From a virus: a DNA stretch of 64,000 nucleotides. The position numbers were made by a program, and so were the translations under genes. The notes beneath the pieces are model-generated. The model searched no databases and had not been told where the DNA came from. It saw only the letters and a program-made list of their open reading frames with translations. Shown piece after piece: positions 37,251-47,336 of the stretch. The DNA is taken from IMG/VR virus record IMGVR_UViG_3300047476_000792, positions 1-64,000 of that record. One strand, 5' to 3'. Position 1 is the first letter of the stretch. Each line of letters starts with the position of its first letter.

Positions 37251-37564
37251 GTGAAGAGAGGGATTTTTCTAAAGTTACACGATATGATTGGGTTACTAGA
37301 ACTTGGTTCGAAGAAACCTATGAATGTATTGGTGAAGATACTACTGGTAACTATGTCTTATTCAAAGATTATAAAGATCTTCTAGATGCCAAAACGCCTA
37401 AGAGACAAGCATCTTTCTCTGAATTAAAAGATCTAATTAAAAAAGAGATTTTTGAAAAGAAAGATAGTATAAATTATGGGGTAGCTGTTCATAGATATGA
37501 TGAAGCAAGGCAGTTACAAAAAGCACTTTATAAAATTGAACAATTAACAGATGGAACTATATGA
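37247..37564 (+). CDS. hypothetical protein
   Basis: ORF in operon. Confidence 0.6.
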   Translation: MSEERDFSKVTRYDWVTRTWFEETYECIGEDTTGNYVLFKDYKDLLDAKTPKRQASFSELKDLIKKEIFEKKDSINYGVAVHRYDEARQLQKALYKIEQLTDGTI

Positions 37565-38133
37565 GTCTAGAAGGAAGTATACCAAAAATATATAGATGGT
37601 TTCCTATAAATCTTGAAAAATTTAGAGGATTGCCGATCAACACACATCCAGGTGCATTTGGTGTTGCACGTAAATATAACTTTCATGAAGGGGTTGATCT
37701 TTATGGGAATCCGGGCGATTGGGTATTTGCGATTAGAGATGGCGAAGTAATTTCGAATGCACGGTTTACGGGCGCATCAGAAGGTCATCCTTGGTGGCTA
37801 GAAACCGATGCATTACTCATACGCGATGATGAAGGTTACTATGTGTATGGAGAGCTTAAATCTGATTTAAAAGCCGGAGATAAAGTCACATATGGTCAGA
37901 AAATAGGAGAGCTTACACCTGTATTGACCCCTAATAAATTCCGTCCAGATATTCCGGGACACGGCGTTACCATGCTTCATTTAGAACGATGGGACAATTC
38001 TTACGATCCTAATACCGGTTGGTCCGCATGGCAAACCCGTGAATCCCGTCCTAGTTATTTAAAAGACCCCACTGCTGAACTTGTTCGTATTTTAAACCAT
38101 CGAAAAGTTCCGATCAAATTTTTAACAATGTAA
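37561..38133 (+). CDS. M23 family peptidase
   Basis: FG..R..FHEGVDL, AIRDG, GDKV..GQKIG, MLHLE. Confidence 0.8.
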   Translation: MSLEGSIPKIYRWFPINLEKFRGLPINTHPGAFGVARKYNFHEGVDLYGNPGDWVFAIRDGEVISNARFTGASEGHPWWLETDALLIRDDEGYYVYGELKSDLKAGDKVTYGQKIGELTPVLTPNKFRPDIPGHGVTMLHLERWDNSYDPNTGWSAWQTRESRPSYLKDPTAELVRILNHRKVPIKFLTM

Positions 38134-38136
38134 TCT

Positions 38137-38823
38137 ATGAACACAGAACAAATTCCCGTTTTTCAGCCCCCGGAAACCAAAATACCAATCGAGTACAGAT
38201 GGTGGAGTTGGAATGAGACTAATACTAAATGGTGCCAGAGTTGTTGGAAGGCTGATAATATACTTGATGCTATTAAAAAGTTTTATACTCCTAATGCATG
38301 TGAGATATCGCATTATCATTCTAAATTGATAAAGTATGATGGTGAAACATATGAAGATATTCTAACCATTCCGAAAAATGACTTAAAAAGTTATACAGAA
38401 TACCGATTGACGGAGGAATTGACGAGACGAAAAAATATCAGAGATGCGGAAGAATTGAAGAAATTTACTAAAACATGTGATAAATGTAAGACACATAATC
38501 ATCTATCTGAATGGTTTAAATTAAGAACATATACTTTCACAGATGATGTATATACTCAGAACTATACTATAAACGATGATTTTGCTGTAGTATGTCCGAG
38601 TTGCTCCCTTCACCATTGGGCTAAAAAAGAGTATAAATATGACTCCCCTTCTGAAGAAACCCAAAGAGATTTAGATTTATATAAATTCTGTAAGGATTTT
38701 GAAAGGTTTGGTAAATTTAAGCAAGAATATCACAGGCATGATAAGAATGGGTGGGAATTTAAATATACTATTAAAAATGACACGGGTAAAGAAATCCAAG
38801 TAAAAGATCCTTTTAAAAAATGA
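38137..38823 (+). CDS. hypothetical protein with CxxC pairs
   Basis: CQSC, CDKC, CPSC. Confidence 0.65.
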   Translation: MNTEQIPVFQPPETKIPIEYRWWSWNETNTKWCQSCWKADNILDAIKKFYTPNACEISHYHSKLIKYDGETYEDILTIPKNDLKSYTEYRLTEELTRRKNIRDAEELKKFTKTCDKCKTHNHLSEWFKLRTYTFTDDVYTQNYTINDDFAVVCPSCSLHHWAKKEYKYDSPSEETQRDLDLYKFCKDFERFGKFKQEYHRHDKNGWEFKYTIKNDTGKEIQVKDPFKK

Positions 38824-39485
38824 AAATATTAATAACAAGTGGCGGAACAGATGTTCCCATAGACAGTGTGAGAAAAATCACCAATATGTCAACTGGACGT
38901 TTTGGTTCAGAAATTGCTGAAGAGTTTGATAAGTTGGACCATGATGTGATTTTTTGGCACAGTAAGGGAAGTTCTATTCCACAAGGATTGCAGACGGCGG
39001 TATACAATGGTCGCATTGATTCTAGTATAATGGCGTACAGAGATTATTATGCATACTTAGATATCATCGGAATCGCTGGAATGACCGCACCTGATATCAT
39101 TATCAGTGCGGCGGCTGTTTCAGATTATATTCTCGATAAAACCGAAGGAAAGATTTCAAGTTCAGAAGATGAGTTGGTTATTCGTCTTAAAAAAGCCAAG
39201 AAGGTTCTACCAGAATTTAGGAAAGTATCGCCAAAGTCCATGGTGGTAGGTTTCAAGTTGTTGGTAAGCCCGACCTATCAAGAAGTATATAACGCCGTTC
39301 AGAAGGTTTTAAATAATGGTTCGGATTATGTTGTTTATAATGATCTGACAGAAATTCGTAATGGAAATTCATCTCGTCTCGTATTTAATAAAAATATGAA
39401 CTTTCGAGAAGTTAAAGATGCAAAAGAACTAGTAGATTATATTATAAATGAGTACACAAATTCAGAAAATAGCAATGGGTTGTAA
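38820..39485 (+). CDS. coaB: phosphopantothenate-cysteine ligase-like
   Basis: ITSGGT..IDSVRKITNMSTGRFG, AAVSDY, VVGFKL, YVVYND. Confidence 0.88.
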   Translation: MKILITSGGTDVPIDSVRKITNMSTGRFGSEIAEEFDKLDHDVIFWHSKGSSIPQGLQTAVYNGRIDSSIMAYRDYYAYLDIIGIAGMTAPDIIISAAAVSDYILDKTEGKISSSEDELVIRLKKAKKVLPEFRKVSPKSMVVGFKLLVSPTYQEVYNAVQKVLNNGSDYVVYNDLTEIRNGNSSRLVFNKNMNFREVKDAKELVDYIINEYTNSENSNGL

Positions 39486-39735
39486 ACCCGATCCATATAA
39501 ATTCACAATTTTAGAGAGATATGTGATAAACACACATACTATAATTTTAGCTCGATATGATGGATGTCTATCTTTTGGAGGTAATAAGCTTATGTTGTGT
39601 AGGGGTATTATTCCGTCTGATATTGAAACCCTTGATCCGCATTTTATAGAGGGACACCATGTTATAGCACGTTTTGAACCCACGCCAGGAGGAATGAGAT
39701 TAGCGCGAATTTGTGCAGCTTGTTTATTATCATGA
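39448..39735 (+). CDS. hypothetical protein
   Basis: PDPYKF, Y.GC..FGGNK, LDPHF, ARFEP. Confidence 0.65.
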   Translation: MSTQIQKIAMGCKPDPYKFTILERYVINTHTIILARYDGCLSFGGNKLMLCRGIIPSDIETLDPHFIEGHHVIARFEPTPGGMRLARICAACLLS

Positions 39736-40292
39736 ATATATTACATGGCCTGACAGGTAGTGTGGCATCTACCATCGTATGTAAATTCCAAAAGCACTAT
39801 GAAGAGGATTCTGTTAAATTTGTATTAACAGAATCCTCTAAAAAGTTCAACCCGCCATATTATATGGTATCGTCCTTTGATCTAAAATTAGAAGGACAAT
39901 TAAGATATGGACAGTTTGATGACGATGATGAATGGGTTATGTATGAAAAAGGGAGTAAGGTTCTTCATATTGAACTAGTAAAATGGGCAGATGTTTTTGT
40001 TATCGCACCATGTTCGGCAAACACTATTGCAAAGATTGCTAATGGTGTTTGTGATAATTTACTGACATGTGTTGCCCGTGCATGGGATTTCGAAAAGAAA
40101 TTCATTATTGCACCTTCGATGAATGTGAAAATGTGGGAGCATCCGATAACTAAGGAACATATAGATAAGATAAAATCTTGGGGAATAACCGTTGTTGATC
40201 CTATTGAAAAGAAATTATTTTGTGGCGATTATGGAATGGGTGCAATGGCGAATATAGAAGATATTGTTAAACAGATTAAAAATGAGGAATAA
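39732..40292 (+). CDS. coaC: phosphopantothenoylcysteine decarboxylase-like HFCD flavoprotein
   Basis: GLTGSVA, LHIEL..WAD, APCSANTIAK, DNLL, PSMNVKMW, LFCGDYGMG; start moved to 39732. Confidence 0.9.
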   Translation: MNILHGLTGSVASTIVCKFQKHYEEDSVKFVLTESSKKFNPPYYMVSSFDLKLEGQLRYGQFDDDDEWVMYEKGSKVLHIELVKWADVFVIAPCSANTIAKIANGVCDNLLTCVARAWDFEKKFIIAPSMNVKMWEHPITKEHIDKIKSWGITVVDPIEKKLFCGDYGMGAMANIEDIVKQIKNEE

Positions 40293-40578
40293 ACAATTAC
40301 TACAGGAATGGGTAGAAAAATCAGCATCAGCAGATTATAAAAATGCACAAAGATTGCGATTAACTACTAAAAATAGATGGGAAGAAGGAATAGATCACCA
40401 TCCTATATCGGAAAGACTTATGAAATTTCTATGTGATCATGATTTTATAGATTATGATGATTATTTTTGTTGGAAGATAGGCGGTGATGGTGATAATGGC
40501 GAAACCTTAATGTATCAGATGGATGCATTTTTTGAATTGTTAGAGTATGAAAAAGCTATCAACACAGCAAGGTCATAA
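40282..40578 (+). CDS. hypothetical protein
   Basis: WKIGGDGDNGE motif; in operon. Confidence 0.65.
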   Translation: MRNKQLLQEWVEKSASADYKNAQRLRLTTKNRWEEGIDHHPISERLMKFLCDHDFIDYDDYFCWKIGGDGDNGETLMYQMDAFFELLEYEKAINTARS

Positions 40579-40975
40579 AGGTGGACAAGACTACCGTCCA
40601 AACTATTACTGTCCAACATGTCATGCATATAATAGGATTCCCCATGAAAAGGGGTGTGTGGATGTGAAAGTGAGTATATGTGGAACCGCTCGACTCCCCT
40701 CTAAAAATGCAGATAAAAAAGTATGGCAAGATTTCTATGAGAAGTTTGTATTAAAAAACGATATAAAATATATACAGACCTTGAAAAAATCAAAAAAATC
40801 TAAATCATATAGGGAATCTAGTAGGTACGAGATTCTTCAAGAAGATGAAAGATACTTGAAAATGTCTTTGGACGAATTACTTAAAAGAGAAAAATTCTTG
40901 AAAATGACTAAGCAAACTGATAAATTAAAGAAATGTCAGAAATTCTTAACCGCTTTAAAGAGAAAACAGCATTAG
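40547..40975 (+). CDS. basic hypothetical protein
   Basis: CPTC; Lys-rich. Confidence 0.55.
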   Translation: MKKLSTQQGHKGGQDYRPNYYCPTCHAYNRIPHEKGCVDVKVSICGTARLPSKNADKKVWQDFYEKFVLKNDIKYIQTLKKSKKSKSYRESSRYEILQEDERYLKMSLDELLKREKFLKMTKQTDKLKKCQKFLTALKRKQH

Positions 40976-41778
40976 CAATAATAACCTGCAACAGAGAACA
41001 TGTATTTAAAAAATGTATCGACAGCATTGACCGTAATGCTGTCGGACAGATTTATGTCATTAATGCTGGGGATAGATATAAGGAATATCCTAAGGATGTA
41101 ATAGTCATTCAGCCTAAAAGAAATCCATCGCCAGTCGGAATTAATAAAAACATAGCCCTTCGTGAAATGAAGAATGCGGGTTATGAATTTTTATTTTTGA
41201 TGGAGGACGATGTAAAGATTAAAGATAATAAAGCCTTTGAAGTATATATCGAAACTGCAATGGATTCTGGTATATGGGGAGGACAACTGGCATTTGGATT
41301 ACATGGGGGATTTGCTGCGGGTAATATAAACGAAGATGGAACACCTAAGAAAAAGCTTACGGCCCAATATACTAAACATAAGGTAGATTTTTATAAACAC
41401 GGTCCACATGCATTTGCAATATATCATGCAAATGTGTTGGCACATATTGGATATTTCGATGAACGATATATCAATTCTGCTGAACATTTGGATCAATATC
41501 TTATGACATATTATAAGAATCTTGGTATGCCGTTTTGGTGGTTCCCGGATGTTTATGATTCATTCAATTATCTAGAAGATGTCGATGAAAATTTGAATGA
41601 AAGTGTTATCCGTAAACAGGAAGACTTCCCGAAGAATTTCTCGTATAGTTGGGGACTATTCAAAGAAAAGCATAGATTCTTCCCACACGAAGTTCCTTCA
41701 TCCAGTCCTGAAGAGGCACATGAACGGATGGAATTCTTAGAAAAGAACTATTCGCAAAAACATTTACTAAATTCATAG
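40933..41778 (+). CDS. GT-A fold glycosyltransferase (GT2-like)
   Basis: IITCNR, NKN, FLMEDD, GYFDERY..EH.D. Confidence 0.85.
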   Translation: MSEILNRFKEKTALAIITCNREHVFKKCIDSIDRNAVGQIYVINAGDRYKEYPKDVIVIQPKRNPSPVGINKNIALREMKNAGYEFLFLMEDDVKIKDNKAFEVYIETAMDSGIWGGQLAFGLHGGFAAGNINEDGTPKKKLTAQYTKHKVDFYKHGPHAFAIYHANVLAHIGYFDERYINSAEHLDQYLMTYYKNLGMPFWWFPDVYDSFNYLEDVDENLNESVIRKQEDFPKNFSYSWGLFKEKHRFFPHEVPSSSPEEAHERMEFLEKNYSQKHLLNS

Positions 41779-41806
41779 TTGCATATTACTCTTAGCTGCT
41801 TATATT
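41779..41806 (+). promoter_or_regulatory. sigma70-type promoter
   Basis: TTGCAT-16 nt-TATATT, 6 nt before ATG 41813. Confidence 0.55.
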
Positions 41807-41812
41807 AAGTGT

Positions 41813-42982
41813 ATGAGTTTTATTGATAATATCAAAGAATTAGAATTCGAGGTTGATACGTCCCTCTTAGCAGAGGACTATATTAAACAGTTTGTTCCCC
41901 AAAAGGATATGGGGTCGTATATAGATTATTGCTATGTTATAAAATATAATAGACTTCCATCAAGAGCAAGTATGGACTATAAGGTTTCGGATTTCATAAA
42001 CATCCTGAAAGTCCTTAAAGATAAAGGATTTAAACTATTAAGTATTAATTCCTCTTTTATGAGAAATATATCCCATGGATATGTATTTTCTCATTCATCA
42101 GGAACGTTTGTAGAAATAGGTAATTTTGGAAATATACCGACTGCAATTTCAGCAGATGATGGATCGCTCACATCCGTTCCAAAGGTAAAAGCAAGTACTC
42201 TTGTAGTATATTATGATATTGCTAAATCGTATGATTTAATAGATACTCTTAAAGATAATTTTTCGTATGTAGAAGAATTGGATTCTAAGGGTAAAATTCT
42301 TCTTTTTGAAAAGAATGAATATAATGAAATGGTATTGACACCGTACCCTATTAAGGGATACGACTTAGATATTAATGATAATTATAACGATGATTTTGCG
42401 CAAGTACATGAGCGTCTCCAAAACTGGATTCCTGATTTTAAATCACAGAACAATAAATTAGTATTGTTTAATGGGCAACCAGGAACAGGAAAGACTAATT
42501 ATCTTAAGTATCTCTTAAACAATACCCCTGATGTAAAGAAGATTTATATTCCCCCATATTTTGTTCAGTCTATTTCAGATCCTGCATTCTTTCCCATTAT
42601 TCGTAGAGAAAAAGAATCCCTTCTTATCATTGAGGATGCAGAAAAGATTCTAGTTAATCGTGAAGATCAAGCAGATAACAGCACCATTTCAATACTCTTG
42701 AATCTCTGTGATGGTATCATGGCCGATGTTCTCAATTTCAAGATTATTGCAACGTTTAATACTGATGAAAGTAAGATTGATGAAGCATTGAAACGCAAAG
42801 GTAGAATGTTTATGCATTATAAGTTTGACAAACTTGTGAACCATAAGGCTGCAAATCTTTATAAAAAGGTACATGGTATCGAACTTGATAGTGATGACGA
42901 TATGACTCTTGCTGACATTTATAATGATGAAAATCAATTCGGTAAGAAAAAGGCAGAGAGAAAGATAGGATTTGGGGTATGA
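41813..42982 (+). CDS. AAA+ ATPase
   Basis: GQPGTGKT, IIEDAE, LLNLCDG, ATFN, DEALKRKGR; C-terminal KIGFG. Confidence 0.9.
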   Translation: MSFIDNIKELEFEVDTSLLAEDYIKQFVPQKDMGSYIDYCYVIKYNRLPSRASMDYKVSDFINILKVLKDKGFKLLSINSSFMRNISHGYVFSHSSGTFVEIGNFGNIPTAISADDGSLTSVPKVKASTLVVYYDIAKSYDLIDTLKDNFSYVEELDSKGKILLFEKNEYNEMVLTPYPIKGYDLDINDNYNDDFAQVHERLQNWIPDFKSQNNKLVLFNGQPGTGKTNYLKYLLNNTPDVKKIYIPPYFVQSISDPAFFPIIRREKESLLIIEDAEKILVNREDQADNSTISILLNLCDGIMADVLNFKIIATFNTDESKIDEALKRKGRMFMHYKFDKLVNHKAANLYKKVHGIELDSDDDMTLADIYNDENQFGKKKAERKIGFGV

Positions 42983-43377
42983 AAAATCGAATATCTAAGT
43001 TCAGAGGGTGGGATATATCCCAAAAAGAGTGGATAAATCCTGCGAGGATAGAGATATATTCTTCCGATGGCATCCTTCAGGATTTATACGATCCCGAAGG
43101 AACAGATGTAATAATACAACAATTTACAGGGCTTACTGATTTGACTAATAAGGAAATTTTTGAGGGAGATATATGTAATCTCTACATATATAGTCGGCGT
43201 ATAAGCGGTGTTCGACCTGTAATAGAATTGGGTGATATTAGGTTTCATAAACACGGATTTTGTTTTTTCAGCAAAGAAACCGATGGTGAATATATTGGTT
43301 CCCTTATTAGTGGTGTTCGTGACGGTTTTGAAATAGTGGGTAATATCCTAGAAAATCCAGAATTATTAAAGAAATGA
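42979..43377 (+). CDS. YopX family protein (second copy)
   Basis: KFRGWD, QFTGLTD..KEIFEGDI, EIVGNILENPELL. Confidence 0.88.
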   Translation: MKNRISKFRGWDISQKEWINPARIEIYSSDGILQDLYDPEGTDVIIQQFTGLTDLTNKEIFEGDICNLYIYSRRISGVRPVIELGDIRFHKHGFCFFSKETDGEYIGSLISGVRDGFEIVGNILENPELLKK

Positions 43378-44135
43378 TTGGAGTTGGTATAGTAACATAT
43401 AATCGTCCAGAGCGATTTAAGGAGGCGTTTGATGCAATTCAGAACCCCCTCATAGATAGATATTATCATGTCAAGGATGGTGGAAGCCCAAAATATAATA
43501 ATTATAAAGATTTGCACCAACTACCTGAAAATAAAGGAGTCGGAGTTTGTAAAAATATAATTATAGACAATCTTATAAACCAAGGATGTGAACATATTTT
43601 TGTGTTAGAAGATGATTGCCTTATAACTAATGAGGGGGTTTGGCGGTATTGTATAGATTTTTCCAAACACACAGGTTTATTACATTTTAATTGGAATAAT
43701 TATCGAGAAGAAGATAAAAACCATGTAAAAGTGATGTTTCCCGAGTTTGAGGCATTGATTTCATATAATGTAGAAGCTAACTTCTCATATTTTCACCGAG
43801 ATTTTCTAAAAGAGATTCGATTTGATGAAACCTATGTTAATGCATGGGAGCATGTTGATTTAGAATACCAAGGTGTTTTAAAGGGGTTTTCTCCCGCCTT
43901 TCGTATGTTCGTATCCCCGTTTCATTTAAGTCAGTTTATGAGGGTTAACGATGCTGGTAAATCGTCTATCGTAGGGTATCCTCTGCATAAAGAACGCATA
44001 GTAGAGGGATATAACTATTGGCTGACTAAATGGGGAAATCGAGTCACTGATATAGGACCGATTCCAATAGATAAATTTAAAGGCAAGATGCAAGAGATTA
44101 CAAAAAAATATGCAAAACGAAATAACCCCTATTGA
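43374..44135 (+). CDS. GT2-like glycosyltransferase (paralog of 40933)
   Basis: GIVTYNR, KDGG, GVGVCKN, FVLEDD, FDETY..WEHVD. Confidence 0.85.
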   Translation: MIGVGIVTYNRPERFKEAFDAIQNPLIDRYYHVKDGGSPKYNNYKDLHQLPENKGVGVCKNIIIDNLINQGCEHIFVLEDDCLITNEGVWRYCIDFSKHTGLLHFNWNNYREEDKNHVKVMFPEFEALISYNVEANFSYFHRDFLKEIRFDETYVNAWEHVDLEYQGVLKGFSPAFRMFVSPFHLSQFMRVNDAGKSSIVGYPLHKERIVEGYNYWLTKWGNRVTDIGPIPIDKFKGKMQEITKKYAKRNNPY

Positions 44136-44493
44136 TATAAAAATGATCATTAAAAATACTGTCAGGAATAATGGTATGATCGTTTCGTGGAACGATATGT
44201 CCCATCCTGTTTGTCTATATCTTGATCATAATTTTAAAATGACAGTAGGAGAGGCGGAGTGCTTCCTTTGGAAAGTCAGGGACCAATCAATTCCCACACA
44301 ATATCATCTATTAGAATGCGACCATGTATCTGAATTTATAGATAATTTAGATGTTATAGTTAAACGTAAATTATCAGAGGGGTATACTACATTTAAATAT
44401 TATTCATATGCTGATAATATGATCAGGGGATGTTTTTTTAAAGAACCTGAAATTCCAAAACAAATTATACAAGATATTAAAGCGTTCTACTAA
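44110..44493 (+). CDS. hypothetical protein
   Basis: ORF in operon. Confidence 0.6.
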   Translation: MQNEITPIDIKMIIKNTVRNNGMIVSWNDMSHPVCLYLDHNFKMTVGEAECFLWKVRDQSIPTQYHLLECDHVSEFIDNLDVIVKRKLSEGYTTFKYYSYADNMIRGCFFKEPEIPKQIIQDIKAFY

Positions 44494-44503
44494 TATAGAA
44501 AAT

Positions 44504-45385
44504 ATGCAAAACGATAACACTCGTATCGAACTTGTTACAAATACCTTCGGAAAATATCATCGCCAAGATATTGCTGTGGATTCTTGGCGTCATTTAAAGA
44601 AGTTATTTCCTGGTAATATTAATTTAAACAACTTCCAATTTGAGGATGAACGCAATACCTTTGTAGATCACTATGATGATGTGGATACATCGTTTAGATT
44701 AAAGAATTCTAGTAAATCTTTGGTGAAGGGTTCCACTAAAAAGTTGCCACTAGTATCAGAAATAATATTTTCTGGTTTTAAATACGATCCTGATTATGTG
44801 TTATTTACAAATAGCGATGTTATTTTAATGCCACATCTTATTGAATATATTTTAAAGGAACAACCCGATTGTATGGCAATATCTCGAATGGATATTGAAC
44901 ATATTGAATCGTTTGATAATATTTTACGTCAAGATGTTAAACCTGTGAGATATGAGATTGGCGGTTATGACGTTTTCGTTATGAAGAGGGGGTGGTTCCA
45001 ACTTAATAAAAAATATTTCTGGAGTAACTTCTTGTTAGGTGCCCCTGCATTTGATCCTGTTTTTGCTGGACTGATGGTGATGTTTGGAGATAAGTTTGAA
45101 ATGGGTAATGGGTTCCCACCATACGCTTTCCATATCTGGCACGGAACCGCATCAGTCGATACTCCTTCCCCTGAACGAGACTATAATTACAAGGTCTTTA
45201 ATAAAAATCCTCTATTTAAGATAGCGAATAATATAATATTTCATAATATCCAGTATAATTTATGTAAGAGAAAACCGTGGGGTAGATTCCTTATTCCCGA
45301 TGAACAGGAACAGAACAGACAGAAGAAGTTCTTTAATGAGATGAATCTAAAGGACATGAATCAAATAAGATATATCACTGACTGA
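44504..45385 (+). CDS. putative GT-A glycosyltransferase
   Basis: FTNSDV (DxD-like), SRMD, GYDVF, LGAPAFD, FHIWH. Confidence 0.65.
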   Translation: MQNDNTRIELVTNTFGKYHRQDIAVDSWRHLKKLFPGNINLNNFQFEDERNTFVDHYDDVDTSFRLKNSSKSLVKGSTKKLPLVSEIIFSGFKYDPDYVLFTNSDVILMPHLIEYILKEQPDCMAISRMDIEHIESFDNILRQDVKPVRYEIGGYDVFVMKRGWFQLNKKYFWSNFLLGAPAFDPVFAGLMVMFGDKFEMGNGFPPYAFHIWHGTASVDTPSPERDYNYKVFNKNPLFKIANNIIFHNIQYNLCKRKPWGRFLIPDEQEQNRQKKFFNEMNLKDMNQIRYITD

Positions 45386-46294
45386 TCACAATTCATTGAA
45401 AGAATATTTGGATTCTTTAATGGATTGGTGGTATCGTGATACTTTAGATTTGTATTGATTGTGTTTTCTTGTAAAACCTATAGACCTATTGTGTTGATAT
45501 ATGTAGTCGTATAATGCCGTGACATGACCATTTTTATTTATTTCTATAACGGATGAATGACTATTATCTCTGTCTTTATTTTTATGTGTTCGATTAAATA
45601 TTCTATATGATATTTTCAAAGAACCGAATAATTTTTCCACAGAAGACCAATCTTGATTTATATTAGAGCTTATTGAGAATTTACTTTTTCCACAGTGCGC
45701 ATCTCCGTCGAAGTATCCTCTCCAAAACATATAATGCAAATTTTCTGGTATATGGTTTAATATTTTTGATTGAGGCGCAGTAGATTTAATATGGTAATCA
45801 TTTTCTTTTAAGAAGTTAATAATATCTATATTAGAGGTTCTTATAGTTAAGAGCTGTTTTCGACTACGAGCAGTCATAGGTGTTTTAGTCACAGACCAAT
45901 CGCCAATACTCATAAAAACTGGAACAACTTCTTTAAGATCGTCCTCCGCCACTGATACAGATACTGTCCACCTATTTATAGTACCGTCGGCATATATCAG
46001 CCCTAGTATATATGCAACATTTTCATTTACATTTTTTATGTTTTCTATAGGAACTTTTATACCACCTCTCCCATTCATCATGGTATCTCTTGCCCTCTTT
46101 GCCTTTATGATGGGGCTTATAGACAATCCGAGATTTGCAGCATACCATGACACTAATTTTTGTGATATACCTAGAGCATCGGCACAGGGTCTAATTCCTA
46201 GCGATATATAATTATTTTTTAAAAATTCTCTAATTTCGTTTCTTCTTATTTTTGTATTTCTTTTTCGTATATTAGGTTCACTATTTATGTGCAT
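45386..46294 (-). mobile_element. free-standing LAGLIDADG homing endonuclease with N-terminal HTH
   Basis: AYILGLIYADG and FWRGYFDGD; start moved to ATG 46294 (5 nt after TAAGTA). Confidence 0.82.
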
Positions 46295-46374
46295 AGCACT
46301 ACTTATCATTTTTTCGAAGATTCAAGAAGATTTCTTTAGAGAAATGAATATATGTGAGTTAAATAAGATTCAAT

Positions 46375-46611
46375 ATGTCGAATAATACAGAAGAATTATC
46401 CACAATCGATTTATCGTTGGTCGAGTATTTTCTTAAAAAATTTACTTTAAATTGTAAAAAGGGATTTTCAAGAGAAATATTAGAAAAAGATATTAAACAA
46501 TTACAGATGATTATAGATTCATTTATAATATATAATTTAATTCGAAATGGACAGATACAGGAGTTAAATGATCAAAATTCGGATGAAATATTGAAATATT
46601 TCGGTGATTGA
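46375..46611 (+). CDS. hypothetical protein
   Basis: TAAATA 9 nt upstream. Confidence 0.5.
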   Translation: MSNNTEELSTIDLSLVEYFLKKFTLNCKKGFSREILEKDIKQLQMIIDSFIIYNLIRNGQIQELNDQNSDEILKYFGD

Positions 46612-46616
46612 TTGAC

Positions 46617-47336
46617 ATGAAGAGATTAGGAATAATTCAACCAGGAAAGATAGGAGACATAATCATATGTCTCCCCATTGCTAAATGGTATTATGATCGT
46701 GGTTATGAAATTATATGGCCCGTTGATCGGAATATTATAGATAATTTTGTCGATTATATAGAATATGTTACATTCATACCCATCGATTTCGACTGTAGAG
46801 TGGCTAATCAAGTATGCTTTAATAACATGTGTAATAAAATACTTGATTTATCATTTACCATACCCGGAGCCAGCACATACAATTCTGATAATTATTTAAA
46901 ACAGGACATCTATTCATTTGACGAATATAAATATTTTCTTGCAGATGTTCCTTTTGAGGAAAAATGGAATCTAAATCTTAAAAGGAATATGGATAAAGAA
47001 CTTTCATTGCAAAAAAAGTTGAATATTCGAGAGCAGTATGTGATCATTCAGGAAAATTCTTCAGATTACGTTAGAAAAGTACAGTGGGAAAATGATCAGT
47101 TCAGAAGAATCGATTTCTCTATTCTGTCTACTAGTGTTTTTGATTGGCTTTCGGTATTAGAGAAAGCCTCCCAGCATATCTTAATTGAAAGCTGTCTAGT
47201 TAATTTGGTTGACCAATTGAATATTACAGTCGATAAACATACTCTGTTGCTAAAACATGGGTATTACGGAAGACCATTAGTTGATGAAAGACTTAGAGGT
47301 ATACCAGTTTTTAGAAAAGAGTGGGTAAGAATATGA
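46617..47336 (+). CDS. GT-B (GT9/heptosyltransferase-like) protein
   Basis: GKIGDIIICLPIAK; C-term IESCLVNL. Confidence 0.6.
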   Translation: MKRLGIIQPGKIGDIIICLPIAKWYYDRGYEIIWPVDRNIIDNFVDYIEYVTFIPIDFDCRVANQVCFNNMCNKILDLSFTIPGASTYNSDNYLKQDIYSFDEYKYFLADVPFEEKWNLNLKRNMDKELSLQKKLNIREQYVIIQENSSDYVRKVQWENDQFRRIDFSILSTSVFDWLSVLEKASQHILIESCLVNLVDQLNITVDKHTLLLKHGYYGRPLVDERLRGIPVFRKEWVRI

